A stretch of DNA of 64,000 bases from NCBI GenBank assembly GCA_002269645.1, contig NIVC01003112.1:54807-118806 (forward strand), written 5' to 3'. This document shows positions 41,301 to 53,724 of the stretch, piece after piece. Below the pieces are notes generated by a model. That model was not told the DNA's origin. It saw only the letters and a list, made by a program, of their open reading frames with translations, and ran no database searches. The first letter of the stretch is position 1; every line of letters begins with the position of its first letter. The DNA is from Macrostomum lignano. Its lineage: Eukaryota. A program made the translations under genes and the position numbers.

Positions 41301-44300
41301 AGGCCCAGCTTACCCATTCCCCAGAAGTGGCAAAAGATTCTCCTTCGGTGAAGTTTTCTAGTTTATTTTTTCCTGACCAACTTCAATCATTCGGCCCAGA
41401 ATCTGGTCCGTAATCGCTCATAATCCATTGAAACTGCGGCTCGATGGGCTTGCTTAGAGACGACGAGGGGACCGTAGGGAGAGACCGTTTCCCCCGGGCT
41501 TCGGAGACTGCCTGTCATCAATGCTAAATAAGGGAAATTTGGACAGTGCTTTGGAAACTACTTTCTGCTCACTGCTCCCTCATAATCCTCCAGCAAGCCA
41601 AAGAAACCGGCAGGTACGAGTAGTCGGCGAACTCATTAGTGCATTCGGACCGAGTCCCGTCCCGGGCACTCCTCAGGTCAGCCCGTTCCCCGTATTTTAA
41701 TTAATTTACCCCTTCATCGGCTTTGTCTTGCTGAGGCTGCTGCTGCTGCTGCTGCTGGATGCGAGCTCGGCTGGTCTGGCCAGCTTACCCGAGGCCTGGG
41801 TGCGCAGCGACGCGTTGCGTAGCCCTCTCAGGATGTAGCTCGTAGTCTCGAAGTTTCGATAGATTCTTTTCGCTAGAAGGCTATAGCCCCCGAGCCCAGT
41901 GCTGAAATGCGCATACTTTTTCCTGTCGACATGTAGCATAGCCTGGAAATCAGGGCGTAGGAGTGCCAAACAGGAGTCAATTAAATTGATGGTCTTTTTT
42001 GGGACACCAGTTGAATTCACACAGACGCTTTGTCGTCAGGCCCCCCATACATGTAAAGTTTCCGTTAAGATAACGGAAGTCTGGAAACCTTGTCCGCTCT
42101 CCGGGGAACAAAAGCAACAAATTTGATGAAGAATATACAGGAGCCAATAGAAATTCATCTGCTCCACAAAGGGCTTGCATAGAGCTCCTACACTGCTGAG
42201 GCCTGAGGCAGACTGTGGGCTGTGGGGAGGGGGGTCGCTACTCCCATCCTGTACATTGCTGCCGCAGCTCAGAGCTACTGGCCAATCACAGCAGGGTAAA
42301 CTGGAGATTAGAGCTGCTGTCCAATCGCAGTAGGGTGAACTGGAGATCAGAGCTGCTGTCCAATCACAGCAGGGTGAACTGCAGCAAGTGGCCAAACAAA
42401 ATTCAACAGAGCTATCAGTTGACAGCAATCAGGTCGAATCAAGTCGAATTGACTTTCTGCAGCAAGATATGATGCTGTGATCAAATTAAAGAGCAACAGA
42501 GAAGCAGGCTGTAATGGATGCCGTTATAAGCTAACCGTCCTTTTGATTTGCTGATGAAAGTGTGGAGAATTTTCTCTTTTTCATGCATATAACAAATGCA
42601 ACAGTATAACAAATTATACTGTTATAAATTCTCTAGACTCAAGCCATTCATCGGCACTGAATCCCATCTAATTTTATCAGCCTTTGGCAGTTTTCTGCTT
42701 TCAAAGCCCATTTGTTTGCCTCATGACTACTTATTTTGCCGTCTGAATTTCTTCCTACCACAGGACGCTAGGCTTTTCACAGACCTGATTAGTTCTCGGA
42801 CATTTAGACCAAATATTTTTAGCATACTGGACAAGACAAATTACGTACAAAAGGCCGGGATGATCTCCCCCCCCCCCCCCGATGCAGGCATGCTCACCAC
42901 AGTGGCCAAGGAGATCTTCAGCACGGAGATCCAGCTGAAGGTCATGGACATCGACACGGACTTTCCCCCGGAGAGCCGCTACCAGACTCACGTGCGCATC
43001 CTCATCAGCTTCGCCTCGCACAGCTCCCTGGCAGCCAGCTTGGACGACTTCGTGCAGCCCTGCTACCCCAGCAAGAGCCTCATCACCGTCAAGTCCTTTG
43101 TGCGCTACTTTCCCTACCACATCATTTTCGACTCGTTGCTCTTCATCAAGCAGAGCGGCGCCGCCATCCAGTCGGTTTGTCAGACTCTGCGCTTCAAGGA
43201 CAGCGTGGTGAAACTCACAGAGGTCTGCGAGCTGGTCAATCCGCCTGTTAACTTCTCGTCTCACTATATTAAGCGGTTTCTGAACTCGTCATTTACGCTG
43301 CGCCTCAAACGGTCCATCGAAGATGACTGTACAGAGAGCTCGCTGCTCATTAAGGGTAAGGGATGGGGCGGGAGATGCGTGTCCAGGGGAGAGCTCTCTG
43401 CTCATCAACGGTAAGGGTTGGGGCGGGCGGTGCGTGTCCAGAGGAGAGCTCTCTGCTCATCAAGGGTAAGGGATGGGGCGGGCGGTGCGTGTCCAGAGGA
43501 GAGCTCGTTGCTCATCAAGGGTAAGGGTTGGGGCGGGCGGTGCGTGTCCAGAGGAGAGCTCTCTTCTCATCAAGGGTAAGGGATGGGGCGGGAGATGCGT
43601 GTCCAGAGGAGAGAGCTCTCTGCTCATCAAGGGTAAGGGATGGGGCGGGAGATGCGTGTCCAGAGGAGAGAGCTCTCTGCTCATCAAGGGTAAGGGATGG
43701 GGCGGGAGATGCGTGTCCAGAGGAGAGCTCGCTGCTCATCAAGGTGATGAGTGGGACAAGTGATGAGTTTTTGCAGAGCTCTTTACTCGTCAAAGGTGAT
43801 GAAGTTTTTACCAGCTGCTACATTTGAATCGAACCTTACGCAGCTCACTATTGAACTTTAGGCCAGATGATATTCATGGAGGACACAAACCTTTTTCTAT
43901 TCGTCTGCTCACCTCGCGTGATGACGCTGAGCGAAATGATGGAGAAGAATATTTTCATGTCCGACCTGCCGCTCTACGACGTGACCCGCGAATTGCTGCA
44001 GGTGGGTCCAAGGGATTTCATGCTGTAGTTTACCGAAGTTAAGGTTCGCTCAGACCGGTATCAAATTGAGCCGTCGAATGTCATGACTAATGTACAAATA
44101 AAAAGCCACAAAAAGTTGCATAAGCCATGTCATCATGCAACAGTTGGCCTGTTTTGATAGCGGTGTGAACGAACCTATAGCCTATCATCTTCACTGTGGT
44201 GGCAGCATCCGGACTCCACCCTTTGCCCCTTGACCGCCGCGCCCCCGCCCTCTCAGGTGAACCAGCAACGCCTGGCAGAGATTGAGATCAGCAAGCACAT

Positions 44301-45511
44301 GGATGAGATGACGAATGAGATGAAGAAGATGACTGCGGAGCTGGAGGACGAGAAGAAGAAGACGCACACGCTGCTGTCCCAGATGCTGCCTTCAAAGGTT
44401 GCCAAGCAGTTGCTGGAGGGAAAGCGGGTCGCAGCCGGTGAGCGAACACGCGACATTCCAAGTGTTTCTCCTTTCTGTTGGACCGCCGCCTCGGGAGGTG
44501 CAATTCTCACATCCGCAGAGAAATACGAGATCTGCACGATCCTGTTCTCGGACATTGTCACCTTCACGGACATCGCCAGCCAGTGCACGCCCATGAACAT
44601 TGTGGACATGCTGAACAACCTGTACTCGCTGTTCGACAAGGCCACGGAGGTCAACAAGGTCTACAAGGTGGAGACGATCGGCGACGCGTACATGGTGGTT
44701 GGCGGAGTTCCGGAGCGCACAGACCAGCACGCGCACTTTGTCAGTGAGCAGGCCATGGACATGATCGAGGCCTCCTGTCGGGTGGCTTCGCCAGTCACTA
44801 ACCTGCCGCTTCAGGTAAAAGAGAGGTTAATACTATCAGCTTCTATCAGAAAAATAACGATTTTCATTCACCAAACCAATTCTACCCCAGATCCGAGTGG
44901 GCATGCACACCGGACCCACAGTGGCCGGAGTCGTTGGCGACAAGATGCCCCGCTTCTGCTTGTTCGGTGACACCGTTAACGTGGCCTCGCGCATGGAGAG
45001 CCACGGGGTGCCCAGTCGAATTCACGTCAGCCCGACCACCTACAAGTGAGAAAGTAGAGAGTGTATTCTGCGTCGTGAAAGAAATACATTTCTACTATAA
45101 CTCCGAAATCTTCCGAAATCTCCCTCCAGAGTTTTAACCGAGAAGTGCGCCGACAAGGGCTACAAGTTTGAAGGTCGCGGCGAGATCAACATCAAAGGCA
45201 AGGGGCTTATGAGCACCTACTTCCTGCTGGGCCACGCCAAGCGCACGCTGAAAGCGGCCACCCCGAACCCCTTCGCTGGCAAAGCGTCAGGCTCGGCCAG
45301 CGCAGCGGCTTCCTCCGGCGCCGTCAAGGTGGCAAACGGAGCCGCCCCTAGCGAAGGCCGGCACCGGCTGAGCGACCCGGTGTTCGAGAAAGACGAGACC
45401 GGGACGCCGCCACCCGAGTCAGCTGATCCGGGCCACCGACAGCAGGCCGGAGCTGCCAACGGTTTGCAGTTTCGGAAGGCGCCTCAGACTGCCACCTGCC
45501 GCCTGTTGTAA
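38304..45511 (+). CDS. Atypical/beta-type soluble guanylyl cyclase (H-NOX, H-NOBA/PAS, coiled coil, cyclase), ~686 aa, 11 coding exons, C-terminal CaaX
   Basis: Exons 38304-38306 (ATG only, then gtaagt), 38675-38748, 38898-38998, 40290-40473, 41073-41149, 42888-43355, 43862-44001, 44257-44437, 44519-44814, 44891-45045, 45130-45511; total 2061 nt, in frame. Motifs MYG start, LDSLH105, [76 protein letters not shown]. Confidence 0.92.
39087..40145. repeat. 42-bp minisatellite GCGTAGCGATGTCCCAACTAGACCT[C/T]TGTG[G/A]TGTA(GGATGGA|TGGCAGG), ~25 units, cyclase intron 3
   Basis: Directly visible. The unit is a multiple of 3, which gives the long stop-free pseudo-ORFs. Confidence 0.97.
43335..43744 (+). 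repeat. 55/57-bp tandem array made of the duplicated exon 6/intron 6 junction of the cyclase (7 units plus a partial)
   Basis: Unit = (AG)GAGAGCTCTCTGCTCATCAAGG|GTAAGGGATGGGGCGGGAGATGCGTGTCCAG. The first unit is the real exon end at 43355. Confidence 0.95.
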
Positions 45512-46602
45512 CTGTCAGATTTCCACCAGAGTTTACAAGGACAAGGGGAATTTCTTATTCTTGGAGTTGCCTGACAATGATTTCTGTAAGCTTACTGGGC
45601 TGGTTATTGAATTGACACAGCATGCGGATCTGCGCGATGCAGTTCTTGGAGCAGCAGAGTGTGCATCAGTTATTTCCGATGAAACTCCTAAATTCTAATA
45701 TTTTTTAACTCTTTTTCCCTTAATGCTTATCCCGTCTGCTCTTATTGGTTGATGTGCTGTCCTTCACCCACATTGTTCCCATCTCGTATTGTCTAGCCGC
45801 TTCGCTTTGCACCTGCCGTGGAGCAGCTTGGTACATTCCGACAGTCCAAGTGCGATTACATTCCCAAGTCACTGTGAAACAGTGCATCTGAAAGCTGTAA
45901 AACCCGCCTATTCAAGGCATTAGGCTAGCGGAGTTCAACACAAACTGTGATGCTACTTTCTGACAAGTAGTATAATCGGGTCGAAAGCATCTATCATCTA
46001 CCTCAGGCGCGGCCCTGCATGAAGCCCTGAGCAGACAATACAGTTATAGTTATTGGTCCAAGCTTAAATGCTCCATGCCTCTAATTCTGCACGAAAGCAT
46101 ATGCAACTTTCTACATCGTGGTTTGTAAATGAAAAATATTTATTTTTGCAACTGATTTTTCCCTAATAGCTTAGCGTAATTTGTCCCCAAATTCGTTTAT
46201 TTTCAAAAAATTGAATTTTTCCTCTACCTTTGTCCGACTCATGCCGCTTACCTGTATCAGATATGAATTCGTACAATGTTTTTATTGTCTTGTTCTGCTG
46301 GCTACAATTTCTGCTACAATTTCGCACAGTTGGTTTACAGCATACAATCTAGCAAGCATTCCGCCGCTGTAATTTACTGTAAATCAAAGTGCACGCCGAA
46401 CTTGAGCTTCTGTTGCATTGGAGCTTCAGCGCCGTTGTTATCAGCCAGGGCTGATCGGGTATTTCGGGCCGGCGTCTTATCGCTCTCCGGACAGGCCCAA
46501 TCAATGTACACTGCGGGAGTAAATGTACATCCCGGCCCACCACCCCAGTTGCAACAGCGGACCGGAGTTAAGGGCCCGCCTCTTCGCCGCCCCCAGCCAG
46601 GC

Positions 46603-46674
46603 GGTCCCATGGTGTAGCGGTTAGCACTCTGGACTCTGAATCCAGCGACCCGAGTTCGAGTCTCGGTGGGACCT
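46603..46674 (+). tRNA. tRNA-Gln(CTG)
   Basis: 72 nt, GGTCCCA...TGGGACC acceptor stem, CTGGA-CTCTGAA-TCCAG anticodon arm, GTTCGAG T-loop, A and B boxes intact. Confidence 0.95.
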
Positions 46675-46680
46675 TAATTA

Positions 46681-46685
46681 TTTTT
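46681..46685 (+). terminator. Pol III T-tract terminator after tRNA-Gln
   Basis: TTTTT 6 nt past the tRNA end, with a further T7 tract just downstream. Confidence 0.75.
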
Positions 46686-48063
46686 CATGTTTTTTTGTCT
46701 TTTTTAACGCAACGGACTGCTATTTTTCTGCTATTTTTCTGCTATTTTTCGGACAGAAACATTCGAAATATAAGGCAAACAAATCAATCAATCTCAGTGA
46801 GAAAATGTTCCATTTTCCCCAAATTTTCTGCAGTTCAAATTTATGTCTGTAACGTCAGTAGTATGGACCGAATCGCTTTTCGATTTTTTTCTCGCGGCTT
46901 CGTGACGGCAAAATTGCAGCTCTCCCGCCATGCCAGTGACTCACCCGGCGGGAAATTCTTCCCAAAGCCTCTCCTCCCCTGTTGGGAAATGGGCAATGCG
47001 GTCGGTGCGCTGGCCTCCTCTGATTGATTTCAATTCGCTTCTGTTCCCAGCTTTGATGCCGGGGGATTCGGAGTGGGGGGGAGGTTGGGGCAACAATCGA
47101 TGCAGTTCCCCGGGGAGGCAGCAGGGAGGTTATAAGCTGAGCCGGGCCGCCACTTACTTTGATCGTGGAGAAGACTGCAGAGAATGGAATGCTCAAGAAT
47201 GGTTTGCTCTCTCTCTTGTCTCGGTTTCCCAGTTTTTCATTTTCTCTCTCGTTCAGGGCTCAATTGAAGTGGTCCAATTGTTTCTTTGGGGAAAACTGTC
47301 CCCTCACCCTTTCTACAAATCGCTCCGCGCGCCACAGCTGAACTCCTCGCCTCTCCTCGGTCGTCCCGGGCCTTCTCAAGTGGTTGAAAATGGCCATAGG
47401 CAGCTCGCGCATTCTGCTCAAGTGGGCCCAGAGGCAGCACAAGCAGCCGAATCCCCCATTCTGGTTCAGTGCAGTTTCAGAAATCCCCAGATGGCCCGGC
47501 TGCGGCCAAATCCCGGCAAGCGGTTGGAGAATTTCGGCCTGTTGCAGAATTGCAAGCCGGAGGGCTTGGGCTTGAGGAAGGCTGCTCAGGGCGTTGCTAT
47601 GCGGCCCGTGCAATAAATACATTTTCACATTAGCCAAGGCTGGCTTTACACAACCGAGATACGAGATTTGATCTTCAGGATATTTTCAACAAGTCCCATG
47701 TTGTCCTAATTGTTTATCCTTTTCTGGCATGCATCTCTGTCCAGTACGAGTGAAATGCGCGGTTCAAAGCACTGAAAGCTTATCGCAGCAGGTGCACTTC
47801 TTATTCATCTCGATAGGGCAACAGTGTATCGCAGATCGCGATAACAACTGATGCAATAAATTACAGATCAGAAATTGCCAGTTGGTGAAACATGGGTGAA
47901 CAGGTCAACAATCGGCACTGACACTGTGTAGCCAGGCGGTGGCTTCCTGCAGGCAGTCACGGCTTGCTCTCAGAGATTTGGACGATTAACTGACCACATC
48001 GGCCAGCTGTTAATAGATAGAGGGAGAGCGGGATAACCCCGTATAAAATTACACCCTGCAGAA

Positions 48064-48653
<590 letters not shown>

Positions 48654-50731
48654 CTTTTCTGGCAGAGCCCTAAAACCCTTCCAAGATGGCCTGACACAAT
48701 ATAGCAGATAAAGAAAGAATATTCAATGGACGGTGAAGAGCGCAGATGAAGCAGGGCGTGTCAATGAGGCGGCAGCGACTGACCGACCACGGGCGCGCGG
48801 ACCCTCTCCAGAGGAAATTCCCAGAAGCAGCTGAGGTGTAGAGGCAAAGCGAGGCTGGGCATGCTCTCAACTGCACGTCGCGGAGTCCCTCATTTCTGCC
48901 TCATTCCCGAGGCAACAGCCTCTCCGTCTCACCTGGGACAGGTCGGCGTTAATTAATTTTTGCCGCTTCTCACCTTCCCACAGGGACAAACGCAGTTGCT
49001 GTGTGGCTGGAGGTGAAGCGCACTGCATTGAGAAGGTGCTTGAGTTGGGCCTGGCAGAGAGAAATGAGTAGGCGCCAGCGCCGCGGGGGATCCCGTAGAT
49101 GAGGTCCTCCGCCTGCCTTCGGCAACGCGACTCCACTGGCCCGGGGGGGGGGGCTTCTCGAGTGCCAAATGAATATTTGATATTATTGCTACGTGAGCCT
49201 CGGTCACGCGTATTCGCTGATAAACAGATTTTCTACTCGTCATTTTATGGCCAGTTGCAATGCCCAGCTTCGATCGAGTCAGTCAGTCAATGCTTGAGAA
49301 TGTTTAGAATTTATTATTTAACCTGTTCTGCTGCCGCTGTTGGTGTCGGGTATGAATTTATGCCCCCCACCATTCAACAGCCTCGAGCTCTTCAACTGTC
49401 AGTCATTCGATTGTCATCCTTCAACCTTAGCGGAGACAAGAGCTGTCATTCGTATTTCTCTCCGACTCCTCTCCCCACCTGCGCCTCCACGGCCTGACAT
49501 TTGATACGCCCATTGTTCGGCAGTGCAGCGGCCTGTCAATTGCATAATCAGTGAGTCTGAGCCTGAGGGACTGCTCATTCGTTTGCTTATTGAGTAAGCA
49601 GATTTTAGCATTAACGAGCTGCTAATAACCAAGCTGCTAATGAGTGAGCTCTAACCCCATACTGGCTTCATATGCTATTTGGCAAATTGAAAACATTGCT
49701 AAAAAGAATTGATATCGCAGATCTCGAAGTAAACAAGTCAAGACGTCAAAGGAGTCGAGGGGTTCATTGCGCCCCCCCATTCCAGTTGCTGCCGCTGCAA
49801 CCAAATTCATAGCTCCTATTTTGGGGTTTCAACCAGTCAAAATTTTAGCCACAAGGACGCTAATTAGGATTGGCCGAGTGTCGCGGAGGAACATCTGTTC
49901 AGCCCAATAAACAAACTGCAAATCTTTCAACGTTTTGTTGTACTTTGGATTCACCCTACCGGCTAGAGATCAAATGTCTTCTGTTTGCTTCGGAATAAAT
50001 ATACTAACATCCTTGCCTAATCAGAACACAGTTGGCTAACAGCAAATTTGTTTTATAAATAGCAGGTGCAGTCCAGCTGCAAGTGAAGACTAAAACATTT
50101 CAGACAGGTCTATCAACTAGAAAAGCTTCGCGTTTTACTTTCAGTGCAGAGTGTGCAGTTCCATAACACAAGTGCGCTGGAGGTGAATGCATAAATCATG
50201 CAGGCCTGGCTCGGACAATCTGCGCAAAAAGGCACCCCACGACCATTGCAGCATTTGGAAACAGTTTGCGAACATTGGCTTTTGCTGCTCGAAAATCTTG
50301 GCCCAGAAAGCACAGAAACCCCTGCTGCGCCGTTTCCGCCCCCCTCTCTCTCCTCTCGTGGGCTTCGCCCTCTCCGCGCCTCTCACTTTTGCTAAAGTCA
50401 GTTCTATACTGGCCGCACTGGTCAGGTAACGATATCAAGTCAGACCGAAGGCCATGCTGAATCATCGTTAGCTTAATACGAGTAGTTAATGTAATTCAAG
50501 TAGTTAAAGGCAAAGATAATTGGGAGCAAAAATTCACAGGGCGATACCGCAAAGCTTACTGTGATTAATAGAATCGAGGCGCACATCAATTTTACAATAA
50601 GTACTGTTCATTTTGAATCGATTGAATGATGAATAGTTATTTATAGAGGCATCAAATTATACCGAGATTAACTACAGTCAAATTTTGTAAAAACTCTCGA
50701 TGACAAGGCGCACCTCCTCCGCGTGCTTGGC

Positions 50732-51106
50732 TCACTTCTCAGAGTACTCTGGAGGCGGTGGCTGTTGCAGGTACTGCTGCGGGTACTGCTGCGGGTACTG
50801 CTGTGGGTACTGCTGCGGGTACTGCTGTGGGTACTGCTGCGGGTACTGCTGCGGGTACTGCTGCGTGACAAACACCTGAGCATGTGGGCCAGCATGGTTG
50901 GGATTCTGCACAGCCCTGGCCGCGGCGGCCTGCGGACTCCGGCCGAACAGGTTGGAGCCGAGCTGCGGACGGCAGGCCTCGCGGCAGCAGCAGTAGTAGG
51001 CGCACAGGATGCCGATGCCGCCAATCAGCGGGATGACGATCACAACCACGGCGACAATAACCCAGTACACGAGCACGTACGTGTCTGCATAGCTGTTGTA
51101 AGACAT
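50732..51106 (-). CDS. Small Cys-rich single-pass membrane protein, paralog 1 (124 aa; QYPQ repeats; PPEY)
   Basis: Intact ORF; TM VLVYWVIVAVVVIVIPLIGGIGIL; family motif CAYYCCCREACRPQLGSNLFGR; TATAA-like element ~100 bp upstream (51203-51207). Confidence 0.82.
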   Translation of the reverse strand: MSYNSYADTYVLVYWVIVAVVVIVIPLIGGIGILCAYYCCCREACRPQLGSNLFGRSPQAAAARAVQNPNHAGPHAQVFVTQQYPQQYPQQYPQQYPQQYPQQYPQQYPQQYLQQPPPPEYSEK

Positions 51107-51704
51107 GGCTTCGGTATTGAGGGCTCAGGATACGCTAGTGTGCGGAGATTGAAGCCCAGCTCAGTCGGTCCTCTGCTCGCTTAATTTATTCAAGCACAGA
51201 AATTATAAACCCCCGCTCTTATCGCGTACAGCGCACTCCGCCCTGCTTTACTGAGGTGGAACGCTCCTTATCTGTCCATGTGACTTCTCACAAAGCAGCT
51301 CACGAAGCAGCGTGCAATGGAAGTCTGCAGTACAGTGTGCGTACAATACCTCTGGCCCCGAAGCGGATGTCGCCTCGATGTAATACCAAGCCGAGTTTAT
51401 TTAGCCAGCGGCTCAGACGATAGCTCAGTTCAACCCATTATGTTTTACTTAAAAAGTCTTCTGAAAAAGACTTCACGTGCTGTTTGTATTGCGTTCCAAA
51501 ATTTTATGTAAAACACTGAGAATTGGCAATGAATAATATTTACTTTGACTATGGCTATTGCGGAAGGCAATTATACATTTATTCATAATCGAGCAGTCAC
51601 AAAATTAGTAATTATCGTGTATGTGTAAAAGTATATGTACTTTTAAAAATAAGTCTAACTATTGGTTGATGTAAATCTTTGTGTTACGCTCGTAACTTCG
51701 GGCA

Positions 51705-52019
51705 TCAGATCTTCTCTGTGTACTCGGGCGGGGCGGGCTCAGACTGCGGCTGCATCTGAGGCGGCTGCAGCAGCACATGAGGCTCATCCTCCTGCCTGAT
51801 GACGATAACAGTCTCAGCTGGTCCGGTAGTGACGTTGCCACCTTGCTCCACCGCCTGAGCTCCCCGGCCGAACAGGTTGGACCCCATCTGCGGCCGGCAG
51901 GTCTCCTTGCAGCAGCAGTAGTAGGCGCACAGGATGCAGATCCATCCGATCATCATGATCGATCCGTAGGTCAGGTTGATCCATAATCTGATTGTTTCAA
52001 TTTCTTCTCTGCTTGACAT
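51705..52019 (-). CDS. Small Cys-rich single-pass membrane protein, paralog 2 (104 aa; PPEY)
   Basis: Intact ORF; motif ILCAYYCCCKETCRPQMGSNLFGR; ends PPEYTEKI; TATAAAT at 52109-52103. Confidence 0.82.
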   Translation of the reverse strand: MSSREEIETIRLWINLTYGSIMMIGWICILCAYYCCCKETCRPQMGSNLFGRGAQAVEQGGNVTTGPAETVIVIRQEDEPHVLLQPPQMQPQSEPAPPEYTEKI

Positions 52020-52102
52020 GGCTTCGTTGCGCTCAGCGTAATGTTACGTTTACCAGAGTTTTCTAAGTCAACGGGCAGACCTGAGCGCATTCGACAGTGA
52101 AT

Positions 52103-52109
52103 ATTTATA
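52103..52109 (-). promoter_or_regulatory. Candidate TATA box of paralog 2 (similar elements at 51203-51207, 53178-53184 and weakly 54850-54855)
   Basis: TATAAAT ~85 bp upstream of the ATG, at a comparable position in the paralogs. Confidence 0.5.
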
Positions 52110-52791
52110 AAAGCAGCACTTCCTGTTAATGTTTATATCATCAAAGTTTTGACAAATTGGGTTATAACGCCTTCGCTTACCTAATATGACCTGGCATCAC
52201 TGGCATTCCAATCACGAGTGCTTCCATGGCAACAACAACTGACGCACGAGATTTCTAGCAGGGCCCATTAAAACAACAACAACAACAATGGGACGAACCG
52301 ACAAGTGATAGGTGACAATTTGTTTAACGATAACTTGAACCATATAGACAGCATCAGGCTCAGGTCTCGAAAGTGGGCCGATGTCGTGGAAGGCATTGCG
52401 CCTGGATGACCGCAGCAAATGTGTCGCAGCGAGTGTTGCAAAAAATTTTTGTTAATAGTGTGGGAGCGAGCGCCACTGTGTACTGAAGATGTTCAGTTCT
52501 TAGCTGTTGGAGAACTGATAGGAGCCACTGTAGCGACTGCAAATACTGCGATAAATTCACAGTGTTATCATAGTTAATATTATCTCAAAATGAAGAGTAA
52601 CTGAGATTAAGGAACGGGAATGTCCTGTACTTTTGCAGCATGCAGCACAGCAGCCACGTTTCATACACAAAATCATAAATTAATATCTAATGCGCTCAAT
52701 GAGCTTGGGAATATTCGTGTAATTTTACTGCACAATACATATTTTAACACATTGTTTGATAAGTACAATACAAAATTTTAACAAAAACTAA

Positions 52792-53085
52792 TCAAAGCAC
52801 TGGTCGACAGTCACTAAACCATGGCATCAGTGCTGTTTCCCAATGGCCTGTAGCTCCCAGGCGGCTGCTTTGGTTGTTCTTCTGTGGCAACCAGCTCTTT
52901 GGTCTCTGGCCGAACAGCTTTGAGCCCATCTGAGCCCGGCACTGCTGCTGGCAGCAGCAGTAGTAGGCGCACAGAATGCCGATGCTGGCCACCAGTTTGA
53001 TGGCCAGAAAGATGCCGGGCACCCAGTTTCTGATGTATATGACTTGTTCGCTGTACTGTGCATCCGTAGGGGTCGTGCCTCCCAT
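52792..53085 (-). CDS. Small Cys-rich single-pass membrane protein, paralog 3 (97 aa; C-tail possibly frameshifted)
   Basis: Motif ILCAYYCCCQQQCRAQMGSKLFG; TATAAAT at 53184-53178. Confidence 0.72.
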   Translation of the reverse strand: MGGTTPTDAQYSEQVIYIRNWVPGIFLAIKLVASIGILCAYYCCCQQQCRAQMGSKLFGQRPKSWLPQKNNQSSRLGATGHWETALMPWFSDCRPVL

Positions 53086-53468
53086 GCTTGCTCACCGAAT
53101 TCTCCGAATTAGTCTTCTGAGTCCAGCTAACTTGGGGACTTATAAGGCTCTGGTCGCTGTTACCAGCGGAGCCGGTGATTTATACGGTAGGGATGCCGCG
53201 GTTTTCTTTTGCTTACTAGTTTGATAAAGTTTATAGCGAACTCCAGATCCGCCTGAAGAGCTTTTAGGAAAAAGATTATCAGTTTACTAGGAAAAAGTCT
53301 CCAAGCTTGTTGGCATAAGCGTGAAATTAGCGTTCGATCATTCACAATGGTTTTTAGTGTATTCGACATTGCCTCCCCGCTGTCGAGAACACAGTGCGGA
53401 AGGATTCTCTCGAGCTCTATGAAAATTATGATTAAACCCAATGGGAACTGGATAGTAACCTAATGATA

Positions 53469-53690
53469 GTAATAATAATAATAATAATTGATTACACCTG
53501 CCCTAATGGGCAATGTGCAACCGACAGCTCAGCCGCAGCTATTGTGCGGCGCATCTGAAGGCTGCGTACGGCTGTTCAGTCCAAGGACTGGGGGGTCGCC
53601 ACACACCCTCAGTTACCCCAGCTAATGCTGGCACCAATTTTACAGCTGGGTGAACTGAAGCAATGCAGATTTAAGTGTCTTGAGCCCTTT
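53469..53690 (-). mobile_element. 5'-truncated copy of SINE family A with its 3' end and (ATT)n tail
   Basis: The reverse complement of 53609-53684 matches 24498-24575 (CAAGACACTTAA..TGCATTGCTTCAGTT.ACCCAGCTGTAAAAT.GGTGCCAGCATTAGCTGGGGTAA). It continues ~120 bp to an (AAT)n tract at 53471-53487. Confidence 0.8.
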
Positions 53691-53724
53691 CAGTGTCTTT
53701 CAGTCGTGAGTCCACAAGGCTACA

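Noticed and set aside
44438-44518. In-frame 81-nt intron as a coding insertion in the cyclase
   Set aside because: Good GT/AG signals and removal restores the normal VxAEKY-type continuity; retention is possible but has no support in the sequence.
50113-50313. Cys-rich 66-aa ORF (CSQTVSKCCNG…CADC…CTLC)
   Set aside because: Non-ATG start in the track, no signal peptide, no coding-like GC3 bias and no recognisable Cys pattern.
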